Below, one piece after another: positions 1-13,012 of a DNA stretch of 64,000 nucleotides (position 1 is the first letter of the stretch; each line of letters opens with the position of its first letter). The notes beneath the pieces were generated by a model. That model searched no databases. It saw only the letters and a list, made by a program, of their open reading frames with translations, and had not been told where the DNA came from. Origin of the DNA: Eledone cirrhosa (Eukaryota). Location of the stretch: assembly GCA_964016885.1 (NCBI GenBank), contig OZ024755.1, forward strand, positions 26,846,001 to 26,910,000, given 5' to 3'. The position numbers were made by a program, and so were the translations under genes.

Positions 1-968
1 ATAACATTACTAAAATTTATTTTTGTATGCATTAAAACCCTTCAATGTTTTTCAAACATTTTCAGAAAGTAGGTGACAAATCCTTTTATTATGCCAATTA
101 TAGTTAGAAACCAAAAAAAGCTGGTAGAAAATGGAAAATTTTCTAACTTAAATACATCATTTGATGAAATAGCCACTGTTTCAAATTCAGCCAATTTACA
201 AGTCATCTGTTTTGAAACCAAGGAAAAAAACTGATATATGTATGATGGATTCTCTTAAAGCAAAATTATGGAATGTAAGGAAGGTGATTACTCACAAGGA
301 AATAGTTTGAACAAAGAATCCTGTTATACTAAACCATAAATTCCATATTAAAAGAAACTGAAGTACTTGGAACTGGGATCTATGGAAAGGGAACTAAAGG
401 CATGTTCAGTGGAAGCTCACACAATGTAGACTAAATTTGAAATGGAATTAACTCATTTCCAGAAGAATGAGCTAAACTTTTGACAAATTTAGTTTTCTTT
501 TATTAGTACTTTGAAACTGATCTCTTCTGTCAGTAAGTAAGGGACTATCACACTTTGGTGATTACAAAACAATTAGCTTAAGAGAAATAGATTTGTGTGG
601 ACATGGATATACTTGTTAGCAAGTTTATGAAATATACACACTTAGTTAGTTGAGATTTTTTTTTTTTTTTTTTTTTTTTTTAGTAATATGGTTAAGATAT
701 TGACACTTAAATTAAGAGAGAACATAGATTTTAGTCTCGACTTGTCTGTAAACAGAACTGTATGGGGTGGTATTGAGACATTTCAGAAATGACCATTTAC
801 ATGCACAAACTAGACCAGTTATAGCTTCCACTTGCAAGACAGTCATCATCATACACCAACAAATAGCAATTATCCTGAGATTTAGCAGGAGCAATTGCCT
901 TAGTACTACAGGTCACTGGTTATGTTCAACATCTGATTTCCAAAACTTAGTCTTTCAAAATTAAATAC
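1..968 (-). other. SCYL2: SCYL2 3'UTR region (extent unknown)
   Basis: Follows the stop codon; AATAAA on the minus strand near 498-503 and 85-90; long A tract on the minus strand at about 656-681. Confidence 0.6.
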
Positions 969-1715
969 TCAGCCAAAAATGTCATCCAGTTCATTTCCAA
1001 CAGAATTTGATGAGAGGAAACCATTTTGCAGCTTTCCTGAACTGGCATTATTAAACTGATTGTGGTTGACAGCAGTTGTGTTTGTGGTGCCCACTGTCAT
1101 GCCTTGAAAGTTAGGACTCACCATTGGTGCATTGACCCTCATGCCTTGACCCATCATAACCTGGGGATGTGCCATCATAGGAGGTTGGTTTATCATTGTT
1201 CCAACATTATTTCCAATCATACCAATACTTGCATTGGAACTAGTTGGCATGAAGCCAATGTTCCCAGGTTTCACACTGCTACTTGTTGAACCCTTTTGAG
1301 CCATCTGATTTAATGAAGGCTTCATCTGTGATGAAGATGGCGACAAGAGGTTGTCAAAAGCTGAAAGGTCCACTGACTTGCTAGCAGGTTTTGATTGGTT
1401 CATCAGAACTTTAGGGCTAGTTCTCTGCATAGGCAAGGCTACACTACCACCTGACATTGAAGAAGCACCAAAGGATGACTGAGCCATACTCCATGAGTTA
1501 TTTAAGGTACTAGTATGTTGAAGTTGGTTTAAGTTGTTGTTCAGTAGAGTTGAGGTAAGGTCTTTTGGTTTATTGTAACTTGAAATTTGACTTCCACAAT
1601 TAGCACTCTTTTCACTCTCAGGATTTTTAGGGACCAGCATACTTTGCTTCTTGTACATATTTTGTTGATCCTGTTCTCGGGCCAGCCTCTGTTTCTCTTC
1701 CATAGTTAGACTCAC
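969..1715 (-). CDS. SCYL2: SCYL2 last coding exon (VSLTMEEKQRLAREQ...NELDDIFG*)
   Basis: Acceptor ttaacag| at 1716-1717; phase 0; 747 nt open to the stop; low-complexity S/N/M/Q tail. Confidence 0.93.
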   Translation of the reverse strand: MSLTMEEKQRLAREQDQQNMYKKQSMLVPKNPESEKSANCGSQISSYNKPKDLTSTLLNNNLNQLQHTSTLNNSWSMAQSSFGASSMSGGSVALPMQRTSPKVLMNQSKPASKSVDLSAFDNLLSPSSSQMKPSLNQMAQKGSTSSSVKPGNIGFMPTSSNASIGMIGNNVGTMINQPPMMAHPQVMMGQGMRVNAPMVSPNFQGMTVGTTNTTAVNHNQFNNASSGKLQNGFLSSNSVGNELDDIFG

Positions 1716-4700
1716 CTGTTAAATATAAGAAAACATTGTAATTTGCTTCTTTATTCCATGCAAACAAATATTACTAAATATGCTATACAATAGATTGGGG
1801 GGGGGGGGGGAAATTAGCCTACAAAATACCAGGTGATTTTTCTGCATGTAGATATGAAATCGTAATTCACAAAAAATATGCACAGAAATTGAACAAAGTC
1901 TGTTACACTCTCTTCTGTAATCCATGATACATTTAATAAACGAAAAAGGAGAAAATTTGCAACGGTAATATAAATCTTATATAAGCGATGTGATAAGTCT
2001 TATAATATAACGGACGCTAACCAGAAGTGTTGAGATTTGAAAATGAATCTTAAAATATGCAATACTTTATATATAAGAATAATTATGTTTAATCAAGAGC
2101 TACGACATTTAGTGGATAAATTACATAATATTCATTCAAAGTAATCCAACTTATTTTACTAATGGGATAAAAAAACTATAAAACGGACACTGTCCCGTAC
2201 TCCTCCTTTTATTATAGATGGACCTACCTTTGCTGGTTGATTAAAGATTCTAGTTTGGGTTGTTGGTTCATTGCTTCGTTTTTTTTCATCAGTATTTTCT
2301 ATATAAGAACTAACAATTGGATTTTTATTGCTAGATGTAGCCAATAATGAGTTGAGGCCATGACCAGAAATAAATTTGTCCATCTAAATGAGAAAAATAA
2401 TTATTCTCAGTTGAATTTAGTATATTGTTTTTTTGTTTTTTTAAATTCAATCAATATTTTTCAGCAATATATTAAAACAAATTAGATTACAAAAATAATT
2501 AACATTATTGCAATAATCTGGTGTTCATTTATAATTATTATAATTATTCTTTTTATCCATTTGTTTACACTTAGGTAGAACATTTTGGCACAAATCTTTG
2601 GAACAATTGATTCTACCCCCCCCCCCCCCCCCCCCCCCAGTCTGTCTGTTAATCATGTAATAGTGGTGACATATTTATATTCATTTTAACTTTAGCAAAT
2701 GGAGTATTTTGTTTTGTGGGACTACTTCTATTATCACATGTAGTTATGCCTCCACTCCAAAATAAAATCCTAATTATCTTTCTCTTAGTCTATTGTTCAA
2801 CTACCATCAACCATAAACAGTTTACACCTTGCAATTGTTTTATTTTACCTTTTGTCAGGAAAATACTCTAATTCAAAATCATAATTAGAGATTGAAATGT
2901 GTCAGGTCGCTCTTTAGAGCGACTGGTAACCCAGAACAAACTGTGCATGGTCGGGTCGTCGGCAACTAAACTGCCAACCCCCACCAAGCTTGCTTGGTGA
3001 GGAGGGTAATTTTGGACACCCTGTGGGATGAAAAACAAAACCCGTCAAAGGGCAGAGGAACTCAGAAGAGTCAACATCCATCCAATAAACTTTTTTTTTT
3101 TTTTTTTTTTTTTTTTGTGGAGTGAGACCCCTAGTCTTCCCTAAGACATCTCTCGAGAAGGTTTTTCTGATATAAAATCTGTGACTTCATTTGATGTTCA
3201 GAGAGTGGAATTGGCCTTGTGCAAAGCCTTTCCTCACAGGCATCACTTGATATGTGACATTTATTTTGTGATGCATGGCCATAGGCAGGTTCCTGGCAGG
3301 ACTGAAGGGCCATGTCTATGATGCTCATGCTTGAGTGTCAAGCGATGGCATTGCCTGAAGTCAGGTGCACACTAGATATAGTACTTTGAGCATAGGTCAG
3401 CTGGATTATATGCCTCAACACTTGATACCAATACATTAAATATTGGTTCCTCTTAGGTACAAGCATGTTATCCATGCTATTCTAACGGCATTAATTAAAC
3501 TGACAAGTCAAAGAGAGAAAGGTAAAATCCAGACTGCAGTGCCAAGCGGTTTCAGCTTGTGTGCAACACACCACTATAGTAAATATTAATTGCCTTTGAT
3601 CAAGTACAAAGACTTGATGTATTTTCCAAGCACTCTATAACTGAATTGAAATGGTTTCAACAGGGACCTAAACACAGAACTTAATACTGTATTTTTACCA
3701 ACATATTGAATAATATTAAATATTTAAAAGCATTTATAAAGAAAGAAAGAAAAATTCTGCATCAAAACCATGCACTATGAAAACCAAACCAGTGTCTATC
3801 CATCACCGTCAATTTCTACATTAGCGACATGCAACAAAAAATATATATACCTCAATATCTTTAGTTATATTACTTCAGGTCCAGGTATAGAGACTCGAAA
3901 TTTTTTAGTTGAATAAAACAATTGTTTCTTGGTTCATACCATGTATTTTGGTAACCTCTTTAAATACAATGATTTGATGGCATTTCAATACACAGAGAGA
4001 GAGAGACCACTGTACAACTGCTTTTCTAAATTTCTACACTTAACTGAACAACAAAGACTCATTCTGCTTACCAACTTCATCTCACGCCATGTTGCAAAAA
4101 GTGTTGACTACAATACACCTTCAATAAACAGTGGAATCCAATTGTAGTCACAGAAATAATATCAAAATCTCATATATTCAGTGTTTTGTGAGATAAAGCC
4201 TTTACCATGGAAATACAATATTAAAGGGTTATACATGTTTTCTCTGTCAAACATCCATTTGTTACTTATATTGAAAATTGTAAGTCATTGAAATCCTTCA
4301 CTGATTACTCAATGCTAAATAACTACATTGATTTCTAGGTTTGTTTAGCTACTACTTTAAAGGGGTGTCTACCTACATGGAACTAATACATCCCCTACTT
4401 TTCCATTGATTAAAAAAGATGCTATTTAATGCCCCCCCTCTTGAAACTGGTTTTTTTCTGGAAGTAAAATCTATATTGTTCCACATTATAATAGACTAGA
4501 ATACCCAGAACAGAATCTCTGAGCATTTGCAAAGGAGGTTATGGCTATTTTATTTCAAGGACCCTTCACATTACACATGAATCACATAAAGATCACAAAA
4601 GTGAGTGGAAATGAAAATTAAGATTTTTCATTAGCAGATAGAATTATTACTCTGAGAATCTTGACAAGATTTAAGCATTAAGAGCCTGCATGAAATAGAC

Positions 4701-7700
4701 TGGAAGGCTCCCTAAAAGTTGACAACTTTTGCTACCTAGTTGGCCTAAGTCAGCAGTTGGAGAGGATGGCCAGAGTAAGAACAGGTTGGAAGAAGCTTAC
4801 ACTGCTGAAAATGAAGGGCTTTCTCAGAGTGATGGGTAAACTGAATGATGCTTATGTGTAGTGAGACATGGGCCTCACCGGCAGAAGCTAGACAGAAATG
4901 AAGCAGGTATGCATGAACAATGTAGTATAAATTAGCTGAGAGAAAAATGTCTTGCAATAGAAAAGACTGCATTGGTTTGGAAATGTCATGTATAAGAATG
5001 AAGCAGCTGTATAAAGTGCAGAGAAATTTCAGTGGATGGGACCTGTGGAAGAAGTAGGCCTAGGAATACATGACTGGAGAAGACTCACCTATAAAGGGCA
5101 AGATGTCCCTCTATTTCTGCTATAGTAGTCACAACCCTCATCTGTCTTATTTTTTAATTACTCCCCTTACTGTTAAATCCCTCCACACACAACTTGTCAT
5201 CCATCCCTACCCACCTCCATCTATATTGCCTTACACCCATGACTTCATATTTGCCACCATTCTCACTCCCTAAACACGACTACCTTGGGACAAAGCATCC
5301 TCCCTCCCCCAAAGGGTAGAGAAAAATCTTCATCAACAATCTAATTAGTGCTGGTGCCATGATAAAGATGCACCCAGCGCACTTTGTAAAGTGATTGATG
5401 TTAAGAAGAGCATCCAGCTGTAGAAACCAAGCAAAAAGGGTTGAGTGGACTCTCTCAGTAAAGCCACAAACACTACAACTTGTTTAATGCTGGTATCATA
5501 ATTCAGGCATGGATAGCTGAGAAGTCAGTAGCTCTGATTAAGTGCTAACTTGATCTGAGACAACCACTCCAAACCATGCCAGACTGGGAAAGCAGATGTT
5601 AGACGGTAATGATGATAAATTATGACAGCCAATACATTTTCATAACAGTCATATATTGTCATAACATCTAGAATTGCAGATTTACACAACCTTTGGTGAA
5701 ACTTAGATTGATTCAATTATGGCATTGTCAGATCAATTCTAACCTTTTCGTGCCAAACTTATCAAGACTCTACATAATACTTTCAGCATCTCAATATCAA
5801 CTTCTAAGGTCCTCAGCAATCATCTAACTCTCAATACTACTTATTTGTAGTTCCAGATGTATATTTAAAATGGTCTTAAATCAACAACAAAGAGAATTAA
5901 TTTAGAAAACTATAGCCTTGAACATATTTTTGGTACCCATTTTTCTGCATAAATTCAAGAGACGTTTGTTTATTTTCTTAATATAAGACCTAACTACCTC
6001 ATCACTCTTGGATATAGTGATTTTAATAGAATTACAATAGAATACAAAATATTCTCTACCAGAAATGCTGTCTTTGAATGTACAGAATTCAATCTTAATT
6101 CGATTAAGTAGAGTTATAGTTCATAAAGGAATATATTACCATATATGTTCAAATAAACTAGATATAGAAATCACCTTATATGAATAAATAAGAAAATCAG
6201 GTAGAAGCCGATTGACAAGATCCCAGACCGAATTGGGTGGACCATGTCAAATCGGACCAAAGAAACAATATTTCCATTGCTGACACTATCTACCAGTCGC
6301 AACTCCTGGCAGAAAGATTGTTATAGTGTAGATTAAATATTTATAAAGATGGCAGAGTCAAAAGATATTTCACAATTTATACAAAGAAATATATATTTTA
6401 TGGCACAACTAATGACTGGACATTACTTAAAGAAAACTTTCACATAAACAACAATACTATATCAAATAAAACATGAAAAGAAGGAAGCATAAAATAATTA
6501 TATAACATGCAAGAAAATACACAAATTGGCTTTAAATAACTTGTCCTAACATGTTTGAACTCTTTTCCAACTGTTCATAACTTCAAAGCTAGATGGAGTT
6601 ACTAGTTTATTGATGTGACGTTTGTCAACCATTCAGATATGTGTTATTAATAGATGTTTGTTTTAAAAAAATATTCATTTTACTGGAAAAAAAAACAGCA
6701 CAGCAACTGTAGCTGTGTAAAATATACACGGCAGTGAACAGGTTAATTCTTCTCTGAACTAAATAGTTTGGTGTCTTATCAAATATTCATGCAGGGAGTT
6801 ATATTAGTTGAAAAGACTAAGGCAAGAGCATCTACAGTAATGCAGGAGAGGTGACCACACTAAACAGAGTCCATGCAATAACAAGATGGTAATAACAGAA
6901 TAAACTTATTTGATTGAAACAAGACAGCAAAATTAACCAACTTTGCACACACGTCAATAAATAAATGCTTGTTTCCATTATCAAACTGACATTTTATTGC
7001 TCAGATAGCCCCAATGACTGCAGAGCACACACATCCACATTAATTTAGACTTCATGTCATCTGGGATTTGCTAAAATAACAACATATTGATGTTCCACAG
7101 CTGCATATTATTTGAATTTCGGAAAACTCCATATCTCTGACAATGTTTACACATAAACGTGTATTTTTTGACACACGGCAATGTTTTGAAGTATATTACT
7201 GGTACTCTTTCATTTATTGAGTACCTAGTCGTAAAGGAATGAAATGGAGCTTGGTAAGGATTTAACACAGAATAATGGTGTCAGGAAAGAATTATGGTAG
7301 ATTTTATGGGTAAAGCCAACTGGTAGAAGATCTAGAGATAGACCATGAGCAAGATGGTTTGGATAACAACCTTAAGCTTAGTTGGTCTCACTTGGGGATC
7401 CAGCTGAATTATTTACAGATAGTTACTTGATAGGACCTTCTGGAAGGTGAATCTGAGGATTCAGCCCACACAACCCTCTCAAGAATAAGTGGGTGAAAAA
7501 GAAGAGTAAATGATGTATGAAATTATTTCCTGTAAAAAATATCTAGTTTTTACTCAATGTTAAAAATAAGGAGACTTCTCAGTTTCCTTTGTTTCAGTCC
7601 AACTATCTTTCACCTCAATTTACTATATATCCCAATAACATACATTTGTTTCTGTGAACACATCTAATGTCCTTGGCCCTAGGGCCACCTCAACACTTTA

Positions 7701-10700
7701 GGCGCTGAGCTGGCTAGCCTCACGATCTGGAATGGTTCTTCCAGCATATCTCCCTCATCATCCTCCAGGGAAACGCTTTCTCTATTCTCTCTGCCGGGGC
7801 TGTGGAGCAGCCAGCACGTAGGACCCCATTTGCTCATAATAGTGAGAGATGGGGAGTTTGGTTTCTCAGTGTTCGGACCTGGTGTACATGTGTGTGTAAT
7901 TTTACACTATGAACCCTATCATTTCCTCTTTCCTTGTAAAGTTTAAGTTTGCTATAACATTTCTCTCCCTTTGCCATAGCTATCATAAACATTATTCTTA
8001 TCCATGGATTCAACATTATATCCTGTACCTTATTACTGTTGATGAATCAAACTGCTTTTATTGGACATTTTATATCACCAGGAAATATTTTTTGCAATAT
8101 GTACTTTAGATCATACTTATAGAAAAAGACCAATATGAAAACTCTTCAACAATGAGTAATGTATTGGTATTTTGTTTTAAGAGATTAAAGCTTGTTGAGA
8201 AAAGGAAACCCATCATCCTTAATTACATAACTGTTTTCATTTAGTTCATTATGAATTTATAATAATGATTGAATTGTGACTGGGAATAAGAGTTGGGACA
8301 TACAGGGGTAGGCTAAAAAGTTCATATGCTGACTATGAAGGAGTGATGCTAGAGCTGTGAAATTGTGCATGCATTAATTTCAACTCTTATTAATAACTGC
8401 ATTGTTTCTTTCCGGGGACTATGTTGAAAATTAAACCTCATTTGGTCATTCCATGAGAGTATCTTGGTCAGCTGACCCTCGTATATGCAAAGCTGCTACT
8501 TCATATGTAAAGTAGGAATGAAATGTATTTAGTTACATTAGTCATGGACCATCATAAGACCATTGGTTGAAGTAACTGAACCATCTGGAGATGAAGAACA
8601 AATAAAAAGAGGAAATTATCTAACACATGACTAAACTAAGCAGAGTATAGTTGATTAAATTAATGCATGAATATAATATTGTGAAGGTGTGTGGCTTAGT
8701 GGTTAGGGTGTTCAGCTCATGATTGTAAAGTCATGAGATTGATTCCCAGATAGGGTGGCACATTTTGTCCTTGAACAAGACATTTTATTTCACGTAGTTC
8801 TGATTCATTCAGTTGGCAAAAATAAATTATACCTATAATTCAAAGATGCCAACTTTGAATTACAGGTATAATTGGAAGTGCACAATTGATACAAGAAGTA
8901 TTGAACTTCTATGCAGTTGCTCGGCCTGCTATAAATAGCAACCAAATTTCCTTCATATCACTTAAAAACATTGTAGTCCTAGATGCACAATGTCGGGGGG
9001 GGAAAAAAGGATTATCCAGGTTAGAATGCCTCTGATCCTAAGGCTGACCTCTGACAATGTTTAAACACGATTTAGTAAAAGAGATAGAGATTAGTTGTAA
9101 GGTAAATAACTCTGTGGCTTTAAATTTACTGGTCAGGTATCGTTTAGTTTCAGATTGAGCTGTCCTATTATTGCCGACCATGTTTTCTCCCAGATATCTA
9201 GGACTATATTATTCAATATGTCCTACATTTTTTAGATAGTAAAATGTGATATCTTGGAGTTTTGGTTGTTATTTCTGTTGTCATCATGTAAGCTTACAAC
9301 TATTTCATTGCTTGACAAAGGAACCAACGAAGTTCACATAATTTCTTCTAACTCTTCCACTAAATTTAAGATATTTTTGCCTTATCTAAATTAAATTTAT
9401 TCTTGTTCAACTATGAATTGTTTTTTAGCCTAGTTGTTATATTGCCAAGTTGTTATTTAGCCTAGTTGTAATATACCCTAGTTGCTATTTAGCCTATGAG
9501 TTAGTTCAACAGATGGGACTTGAGTGTCTTGTACAAAAGACAGGATACAAACTGATCACTGAAAGGCCAATATCGTATCCACTTAGCAACTACAAAACTT
9601 TTATTGGGGCGGTGGATTGGCAGTATCGGTAGAGGGTCGGACACCATGCTTTGCAGCATAGAGTTAAGGCCCTTGCCATTCTGAGTTCAAATCCTGCCGA
9701 GGTTAACTTTGCCTTTCATCCTTATGGGGTCGATAAAATAAAGTACCAGTAATGCTCTGGGTAATTGCTAGCCTTGAGCCAAAAGTAGAAACAATTATTT
9801 AGTCTATGCAGGGTGGTAGATTGGCAGTATCAGTAAAGTGGCATAAAGTCATGTCCCTTTACGTTCTGAGTTCAAATCCTACTGAGGTTTGCTTTACCTT
9901 TCATCTTTACGGGGTCGATAAAATAAAGTACCAGTCACGCACTGGGGTCAATTTAATCGACTTTCCCCCAAAATGACTGGCCTTGTGCCTATACTCGAAA
10001 TCATTATTCATTCTATGCAGATATAAGCACAAAATGGGGGGGGGGGGCTTAAGAAGACAATGTTTTGTGTTTACATGGATGAAATATAAGAGCTGTGATT
10101 ATTCAAACCAATATGTAGCACTAATGATGTGTTACTAATTTTAAATGTTTGTAAATAACTGGATATATAGCTACATGAGTTGTGACACTTGAAACAAATT
10201 GGACCACAGTGTGTATGTGTTTGTGTCCTTCACATGTCTACATGGTAATCAGACATGATTTTGTTGTGCAGCTGATCATGAAGTGTGTGACATATATAAA
10301 TGTACATGTCTGGCTAATGTAATCATTCTAACAACTATACAAGTATGTTTTACTCACCTATTTCTTAGTTCTGTTGTGTATTCACAGTTTTACTCTACTA
10401 CAACAAACTCTCCAGAAATTTCTACTTTGGTTGGGAAAACAAAGGGAAAAAATGGAAAACATCTACAAAAAGCAAATAGGGACTTTCCTTCATCATTGCT
10501 ATTTGTAATTTGAACTGTGAGTGAGCAAAGAGAAGGAATGAGAGTAGCAAGGTACAGTAACATGCAGTGAATATGAACAATAACACCAAAGAAGCAGTCA
10601 TATAGAAGTAGAACTAAAACTGTAAATCTTACACACACACATACATACACATATAAAGGTAATGTTACGAGGTGTGCAAGCTTACCTTACTGTCATCCCT

Positions 10701-12980
10701 TTCGTTCTGGTTTACCCAATAAAATGAGAAAACAACATATGACAATATACCACAGAAGAACTACAGATGACATTTAACAACTTTACAATATTAACATGAA
10801 AGAGAACCTCATGGCTTCAAATTTGCAGAAGTTTATAATTAAGATCTATACTGGTTCCAGGTTTTATTTGTTCGGGAATGTGAAACAAGAAGTAATTCAC
10901 ATAGATTCAGCTTTGAATATATCAACATTGTAATTTTACACCAGAGTGAAATTGTGAAGATGCTTGAATGGAGACAAGTAGATGTATGTTGTGTGCAAGA
11001 AATAAGATGAAAAGGAACCTCAGCTGGACTTCTCACAGACAAAGATAGAAATTCTTCCGGGAAGTGGGGGGTCGAGAGCTTTGGTGCAGGTGGTGTAGGC
11101 ATCTTGCTGGCAGAGAAATGGATAGATATATTTACTATCGTAGACAGAGTATGTGATAGAATATTTAAGGTTAAGCTAGTTATAGGCAAAATATATTTCA
11201 ATGATTTCCTACCGTTCTGATGATCATTTACAACAACAGCCAAGTCTATGATCAATACACTACTACTATGATCATTCCGATTCTCGAGATAGAGCAGTGA
11301 AAGCTTTGAAACATTAATTCAAACATGGACTTTAGAACACTACTGTTCCAAATGAAACAAAGACTAATAAGGAAATACAAAAAAAATGCTTACGGCCTGG
11401 AATTCAGCTGATGTTTCCCTGCTAAAAAAGCTAATTGTAGAAACCCTGAAGAACTATGGTGCAAATAGAGAGAAAAAATAATGAAATTATTTGTGCTTAT
11501 ACCCTGATAAAGTCACACATGGAATTATTGAGTGACCAAAAAGGACCCACAGAAGCCCAGAAGGATCTGAGAGCCGCCGTGAGTGAGATGGCCTGCAATG
11601 TAGAGGATGGTAATGGAGACAGGCCAAGTAAACAAAATGAAGCAAAATGAAAGATGTAGCAAAGGTACAATAAGATGCCACTGGGTGGACCATAATAAGG
11701 AAGAAGCAAATAAACAGGCAAGAAATAACCAGTGGATAAATGGTAAAACAAAGAAGAATAGAACTAGGGGCAACAGAGACCCTGTACGTGCTGGCATGGA
11801 GAAGCAGGGACAAGCTGCAAATTCACTCACCCCGACCTCATGTGAGCTGTGCCCAACCTGCTCATCCTGAATACTCCAGCCAAAACCGACATGGGCATAC
11901 AACACAGCACACAAAATCACTACCCAGGAAATAAACTGATGCTGCACCTAATGAATGATGTGGAAAATATTCCATCAACATTACTCAAATGATGTTGGCA
12001 TCAACTTTAAAATCCACCCAAGGCTTGGTCCCTGTCTCATCTGTCTGCTACAAAAATCAAGCTTCCATCTCAATAACAACATTATAGCACAACTATTTCA
12101 CTTCAACTGGTCCTGCTCTTTTTAATATCATACTAAAATGCATCAAAACAAAAACAGATCCCATAAAATTCAAAATCCTTGGACAATATCCTCTGGTGAC
12201 ACAACAAAAAGCACCCAGTCCACCCTGTAATGTGGTCATGCTGGTGACACAACAAAAAGCACCTAGTCCACACTGTAAAGTGGTCATGTAGGTGTCATGA
12301 CAAAAAGCACCCAGTCCACACTGTAAGGTGGTCATGTAGGTGTCACAACAAAAAGCACCCAGTCCACCCTGTAATGTGATCATGTAGGTGTCACGACAAA
12401 AAGCACCCAGTACACACTGTAAAGTGGTCGTGTAGGTGTCACAACAAAAAGCACCCAGTCCACCCTGTAAGTTGGTCGTGTTTGGAATGAAATCACTTAT
12501 TCAAAGCACATATGGAAATAAAGAGAAGTAACTGCCTTCACATATACAGATATATGAAGATACTTCCAGGTATAACTTACCATTGTGTTGCTCGATGGAG
12601 GAGAAATCAGTTCAGGCAACAGAGTTTTATCATCAGGAATAGTCACCTTAGTAATTTCAACTGTCCTAAAGAGAAAGCAAGCACCAGTTAATATTAACAA
12701 GAACTGTGGGAATTCTCCCTTCTCTCTAAATGTATATAAAATGTATATAAAAAAAGGATCAATCGACTTTCGTCAAATTGGACCGATGAAACAATGTTTT
12801 CATCGGTCTTTCCAGTTGCTAATACTATCTATCGGTCGCAACTCCAGGTAGAAGGAACAACGTGAAATAAAGTATCTTGCTCAAGGACATAACGTATCGC
12901 CCGGTCCAGGAATCGAACTCACAACCTCAAGATTGTGAATCCAATTCTCTAACCACTCAGCCACACGCCTACATTTACTT

Positions 12981-13012
<32 letters not shown>

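Noticed and set aside
656-681. Poly(A) tail of a retrocopy
   Set aside because: The adjacent gene has introns and no TSD is visible; it is a genomic A tract in the 3'UTR.
6551-6588. Small internal SCYL2 exon
   Set aside because: Weak donor (gttagg), and the candidate lengths either break the frame or include a stop.
11456-12060. Cluster of overlapping ORFs suggesting a nested gene
   Set aside because: No splice structure or consistent frame; the stretch near 11970-12050 looks like a decayed LINE C-terminus, too degraded to classify.
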